The notes beneath the pieces were generated by a model. The model made no database searches and was not told the origin of the DNA. It saw only the letters and a program-made list of their open reading frames with translations. A stretch of DNA of 9,081 nt from an uncultured bacterium (GTDB lineage: Bacteria > Auribacterota > JACPWU01). A program made the position numbers and the translations under genes. The stretch covers positions 177,264 through 186,344 of the forward strand of contig CAZXEQ010000006.1 in assembly GCA_964640155.1 (NCBI GenBank), written 5' to 3'. How positions within the stretch are numbered: the stretch's first letter is position 1; every line of letters begins with the position of its first letter. Shown in pieces: positions 5,815 through 9,081 of the stretch.

Positions 5815-7529
5815 ACATTTCCTGGACTTTCTGTTGTGACATGTCTTTGATCAGGAGCTACCTCCCAATAACGCATCAATGAACTCGCAAGATCTCTGAA
5901 GGTTGGGGTTGCAACTGTTCCCCCATAATGAAAATGTTGGGGTTCATTAACAATCACAGCAATAACAGCCTGAGGCTCTCTAGCGGGCAAAAATCCAACA
6001 AAGGATGAAACAAATTTAGAATGAGAATACCCACCCCCTTGTGAAGCTTTTTGCGCCGTTCCCGTTTTTCCTGCTACAGAGTAACCCTCTACTTGAGCAT
6101 TTGCACCCGTTCCTTCAGAGCTTACAACACCCTCCATTGCTTGAGCAATTTGTTTTGCAACTTCAGGTGAAATAACCTGTTCTTTCTCTTGAGTTGTAGG
6201 TTCAAAAATAACACGCCCTTGCGAATCTACAACTTTTTTAACCAATCGAGGTTTCACAATAGTTCCCCCATTTGCCAAAGTACAATAAGCTCGGACGAGT
6301 TGCAAAGTTGTTACAGTAATTTCCTGTCCAATTGAAACCATATAAGGGGTCAATTTTGACCATTTAGAGACAGGGTGAACCCATCCTGTCACTTCACCTG
6401 GTAATTCTATTCCTGATTTTTCTCCAAATTTAAATTTTTTAGCATATTGAAAAATTTTATTCTGTCCAAGGCGGTAACCAATTTTACCCATTCCAATATT
6501 GCTTGATTTAGCAACAATCTCAGCTACAGACAAACTTCCATGGGGATGAACATCATGAATAACATGTCCAGCCACACGAAAAGATCCATTCTCACAAAAA
6601 AAGTGATCAGATAATTGAACAACCTTTTCTTGTAAAGCTGCTGAAGCAATAAAAGGTTTAAAAGTTGACCCTGGCTCAAAAAAGTCAGTCACCACACAAT
6701 TGCGTCGTGATGCTGGTAAAACTTTTGAGGCCTCATTTAAATCATACGCCGGTCGATTGGCGAGAGCAAGAATCTCCCCAGTTTTAGGATCCATCACCAA
6801 AAGAGAGGCACTCTGGGGTTCGAATTTTTCCATAATTCGATCCAATTCACTTTCAGCCAAAGTCTGAATCGCAACATCAATGGTAAGAATCAAATTAAAA
6901 CCATCTCTTGGATCTATTTCATAACGACGAGATGTTAATACCTCTCTTCCTGTTGCATCGCGTTCTGTAAATTTCCATCCCGGCTTACCTTTTAAATATT
7001 CATTAAAAGAGAGCTCTAGACCTTCCAATCCCTGCCCATCTAAATTAGTAAAACCTAATACATGACTTAGCAATCGACGTCCCGGATACATACGTTTAGA
7101 TTCTTCCAAAGCATAAACGCCTTTTATCTTCAAACTGACTACTGGAGCCGCTTGAGCTTCTTCTACTTTTCTTTTAATCCAAACAAAATTTTTCTTCTGA
7201 TGGAATTTTCGAATAAGCTCTTTTTGATCTAGAGACAAAAGCTTTGCCAATTGGGCTGTAACTTTTGGAATATCTTTGATTTCAGGAGGAACTGCATAGA
7301 AAGATTTGACAGGAATATTCATTGCCAAATCAAAACCTTTACGGTCAAGAATCTTCCCCCGCTTGGGGGGAAGAGTTAAACTAAAACGCTGTTGCTGAGA
7401 AGCTTTCTGAAGAAAAAAATCATGCCAAATAACTTGAAGAAAAAAAAGACGGATTAAGAGTACTGCTAAGCTTCCCATCAGGAACATTGCAACTAAAAAA
7501 GCTTTGAATTTGTGGGAAAACTTGACCAT
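5811..7529 (-). CDS. ftsI: Class B penicillin-binding protein / peptidoglycan D,D-transpeptidase (FtsI/PBP3-like)
   Basis: This 572-aa ORF has an N-terminal membrane anchor (FLVAMFLMGSLAVLLIRLFFL). The transpeptidase triad is SxxK = STFK (6657..6668, verified TCA ACT TTT AAA), SxN = SSN and KTG = KTGT. It sits between ftsL and murE. The symbol rests on synteny. No obvious SD precedes the annotated ATG. Confidence 0.9.
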   Translation of the reverse strand: MVKFSHKFKAFLVAMFLMGSLAVLLIRLFFLQVIWHDFFLQKASQQQRFSLTLPPKRGKILDRKGFDLAMNIPVKSFYAVPPEIKDIPKVTAQLAKLLSLDQKELIRKFHQKKNFVWIKRKVEEAQAAPVVSLKIKGVYALEESKRMYPGRRLLSHVLGFTNLDGQGLEGLELSFNEYLKGKPGWKFTERDATGREVLTSRRYEIDPRDGFNLILTIDVAIQTLAESELDRIMEKFEPQSASLLVMDPKTGEILALANRPAYDLNEASKVLPASRRNCVVTDFFEPGSTFKPFIASAALQEKVVQLSDHFFCENGSFRVAGHVIHDVHPHGSLSVAEIVAKSSNIGMGKIGYRLGQNKIFQYAKKFKFGEKSGIELPGEVTGWVHPVSKWSKLTPYMVSIGQEITVTTLQLVRAYCTLANGGTIVKPRLVKKVVDSQGRVIFEPTTQEKEQVISPEVAKQIAQAMEGVVSSEGTGANAQVEGYSVAGKTGTAQKASQGGGYSHSKFVSSFVGFLPAREPQAVIAVIVNEPQHFHYGGTVATPTFRDLASSLMRYWEVAPDQRHVTTESPGNV

Positions 7530-7558
7530 CGTTTTTAACTCGATTCAATCTTTTCATC

Positions 7559-7978
7559 TCAATTTTTCGAAATATCAATTAACGCATTAGAAGCTAAACG
7601 AGTCTGCCAATCCTGATTCAATAAATCTTCTTCATAAAGAATGGGTTCCTGATCCAAACGGACCACTTTCCATACATCAGGAATTGCTAAATTGAGTCCT
7701 TGTTCCTCAATTTTACTTATGATGCGACTTGGCATTTTAAGCATGGAAAGATCCATCTCTAAAGCTTTTGAGCGTTTAGAAAGTTCCATGACCATTTTTT
7801 CTTTCTCTTTAATCTTATATCCCACACGAACCAACTGAACATTTTGCCAGACATAGAATAATGCTAAACAAACTGCAAGAACTAAAAAGAGGAAAGTTTT
7901 AAAAGCAACTCCTCCTCCCATGGTCCCTCCTGTTTGCTTAGGTTGACGCCGAATGTACATCTTCCGATAATATGTCAT
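7559..7978 (-). CDS. ftsL: Cell division protein FtsL (small bitopic coiled-coil protein)
   Basis: This 139-aa ORF has a basic N-terminus, a single TM helix (FKTFLFLVLAVCLALFYVW), then a heptad-like charged segment (KIKEKEKMVMELSKRSKALEMDLSMLKMPSRI). It sits between rsmH and ftsI and has a strong SD upstream. Confidence 0.8.
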   Translation of the reverse strand: MTYYRKMYIRRQPKQTGGTMGGGVAFKTFLFLVLAVCLALFYVWQNVQLVRVGYKIKEKEKMVMELSKRSKALEMDLSMLKMPSRIISKIEEQGLNLAIPDVWKVVRLDQEPILYEEDLLNQDWQTRLASNALIDISKN

Positions 7979-7983
7979 TTTGA

Positions 7984-7994
7984 TCCCCCCCTCT
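7984..7994 (-). promoter_or_regulatory. Shine-Dalgarno site for ftsL containing a G7 run
   Basis: Minus-strand AGAGGGGGGGA lies 5 nt upstream of the ftsL ATG (7976..7978), downstream of the rsmH stop (8014..8016). Confidence 0.7.
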
Positions 7995-8013
7995 TAAAAC
8001 ATGAACAACGTTT

Positions 8014-8922
8014 TTATAATTTTTCTACAGCTCTCAATCTTGAGCTTCGCGCTCTTGAATTTACTTTCAACTCTTCGAGGGAGGGCCGCAAAGGTTTGCG
8101 AGTTAAAACCTTCACACCCGCAGGTCCTCCCCCCATTTTCTCCCCCCCCAACTTCGAAAACTTTTGAAAATATCTTTTCACCATTCCATCTTCCAAAGAA
8201 TGAAATGAAATAACGACCAATCTTGCCCCTGGTTTTAATGCTTCAATTGCTTGAGGGAGTGCGCGTTCAAGCGCACCCATTTCATCATTCACATAAATTC
8301 TTAAAGCTTGAAATGTTCGTGTTGCAGGATGAATTTTTTGATCGCGATAAAAACGGCCAATCGTATCTTCAATCAGTCTTGTAAGTTGAAGCGTGGTTTG
8401 AAAAGGTTGTTTCTTTCGAAATTGCACAATGGCTTTAGCCAAACGACGGGCGTGACGTTCCTGTCCAAATTCAAAAATAATTCTACCCAGTTCATCTTCA
8501 TCCAAAGAATGCAAAACATCTCTAGCACTTAAAGAAGCCTCCGGCATCATTCGCATATCCAATGGACCATTCTGAAGAAAACTAAAACCCCTGGAGGACT
8601 CAGACAATTGATACGAAGAAACACCTAAATCCATAAGAATGCCATCTACTTGATTCAATCCAAGATTTTGCAAATGCAAAGATAAATCCCTAAAATTCCC
8701 GTGAACCCAACGGATATTTTCACGAAAATCGTGAAGGTTTTTCTTGGCAAAACTTAAAGCATCCTTATCCTGATCCATCGCGATCAGACCTCCCCCCGGT
8801 AACACTCTATTCAAAATCTCTTTTGAATGCCCCCCCATTCCAACCGTCGCATCAAGTATCCACAAACCTGGTCTTAGGTTTAAATAATCCAACACCTCTT
8901 GCAAAAGAACACTGATGTGCAA
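8014..8922 (-). CDS. rsmH: 16S rRNA (cytosine1402-N4)-methyltransferase RsmH (MraW)
   Basis: This 302-aa ORF has HISVLLQEVL, the SAM-binding DATVGMGGHS, DLGVSSYQL, RGFSF, GPLDMRM, ISFHSLED and C-terminal NSRARSSRLRAVEKL. The start is TTG (8920..8922) with a good SD. Confidence 0.95.
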   Translation of the reverse strand: MHISVLLQEVLDYLNLRPGLWILDATVGMGGHSKEILNRVLPGGGLIAMDQDKDALSFAKKNLHDFRENIRWVHGNFRDLSLHLQNLGLNQVDGILMDLGVSSYQLSESSRGFSFLQNGPLDMRMMPEASLSARDVLHSLDEDELGRIIFEFGQERHARRLAKAIVQFRKKQPFQTTLQLTRLIEDTIGRFYRDQKIHPATRTFQALRIYVNDEMGALERALPQAIEALKPGARLVVISFHSLEDGMVKRYFQKFSKLGGEKMGGGPAGVKVLTRKPLRPSLEELKVNSRARSSRLRAVEKL

Positions 8923-8929
8923 CCTTATC

Positions 8930-8936
8930 CCACCTT
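8930..8936 (-). promoter_or_regulatory. Shine-Dalgarno site for rsmH
   Basis: Minus-strand AAGGTGG lies 7 nt upstream of the TTG start codon of rsmH. Confidence 0.7.
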
Positions 8937-8990
8937 CTTGTTCAAGTTATTTTTTGAAACACCTCGCTTACTTACTAACAAGTCCGCTAT

Positions 8991-9081
8991 TTAAGACATC
9001 TTTCCTGGATTTTTCCCCATCCATTTTTCAAGCAATGGGTTCATCCCTAAAGTCTTCAAATCCCCTTGAATCATTTTAATG
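8991..9081 (-). CDS. 3' end of an upstream ORF truncated by the window edge; its position is that of mraZ, but the visible sequence is not diagnostic
   Basis: An open minus-strand frame runs from the window edge and reads ...IKMIQGDLKTLGMNPLLEKWMGKNPGKMS, ending at TAA (8991..8993). The other two minus frames have stops within the last 10 nt. Only synteny (mraZ normally precedes rsmH) suggests identity. The 29 visible residues show no MraZ motif that I recognise. Confidence 0.3.
   Translation of the reverse strand, partial: IKMIQGDLKTLGMNPLLEKWMGKNPGKMS

Noticed and set aside
7934-8532. Plus-strand ORFs (7934..8167, 8001..8213, 8308..8532) lie antisense to ftsL and rsmH.
   Set aside because: The reasoning is the same. 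They are antisense to motif-bearing CDSs, overlap each other in different frames, and have no translation signals.
1-9081. I searched for CRISPR repeats, tandem repeats, tRNA/rRNA genes, transposase/integrase genes, toxin-antitoxin or defence-like cassettes, or any novel multi-gene system.
   Set aside because: None was found. About 95% of the window is occupied by seven canonical dcw genes plus two truncated neighbours on one strand. No periodic direct repeats or unexplained long ORFs are present.

Overview
This AT-rich bacterial segment (about 37% GC by hand count in a coding stretch) carries the promoter-proximal half of the division/cell-wall (dcw) cluster. All genes are on the minus strand: (truncated ORF, possibly mraZ 3' end)-rsmH-ftsL-ftsI-murE-murF-mraY-murD-(ftsW 5' end). 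The seven complete ORFs show their family signature motifs, and several have Shine-Dalgarno sites or ATGA stop/start overlaps. This is conserved housekeeping DNA, not an accessory island. I see no tRNA/rRNA, CRISPR array, transposase or integrase, defence-like gene or novel multi-gene system. All plus-strand ORFs in the track look like shadow ORFs of the minus-strand genes. The only sequence the genes do not explain is two GC-rich, inverted-repeat-bounded, strongly self-complementary elements. Their cores are 56% and 70% GC by hand count. They fill the only two long intergenic gaps, mraY/murD (1625..1777) and murD/ftsW (104..217). They could be MITE/REP-like palindromic insertions, structured RNAs or attenuators/terminators inside the operon; function cannot be decided from one window. 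A minor point is an unusual density of G6-G8 homopolymer runs in rsmH and in the ftsL ribosome-binding site.
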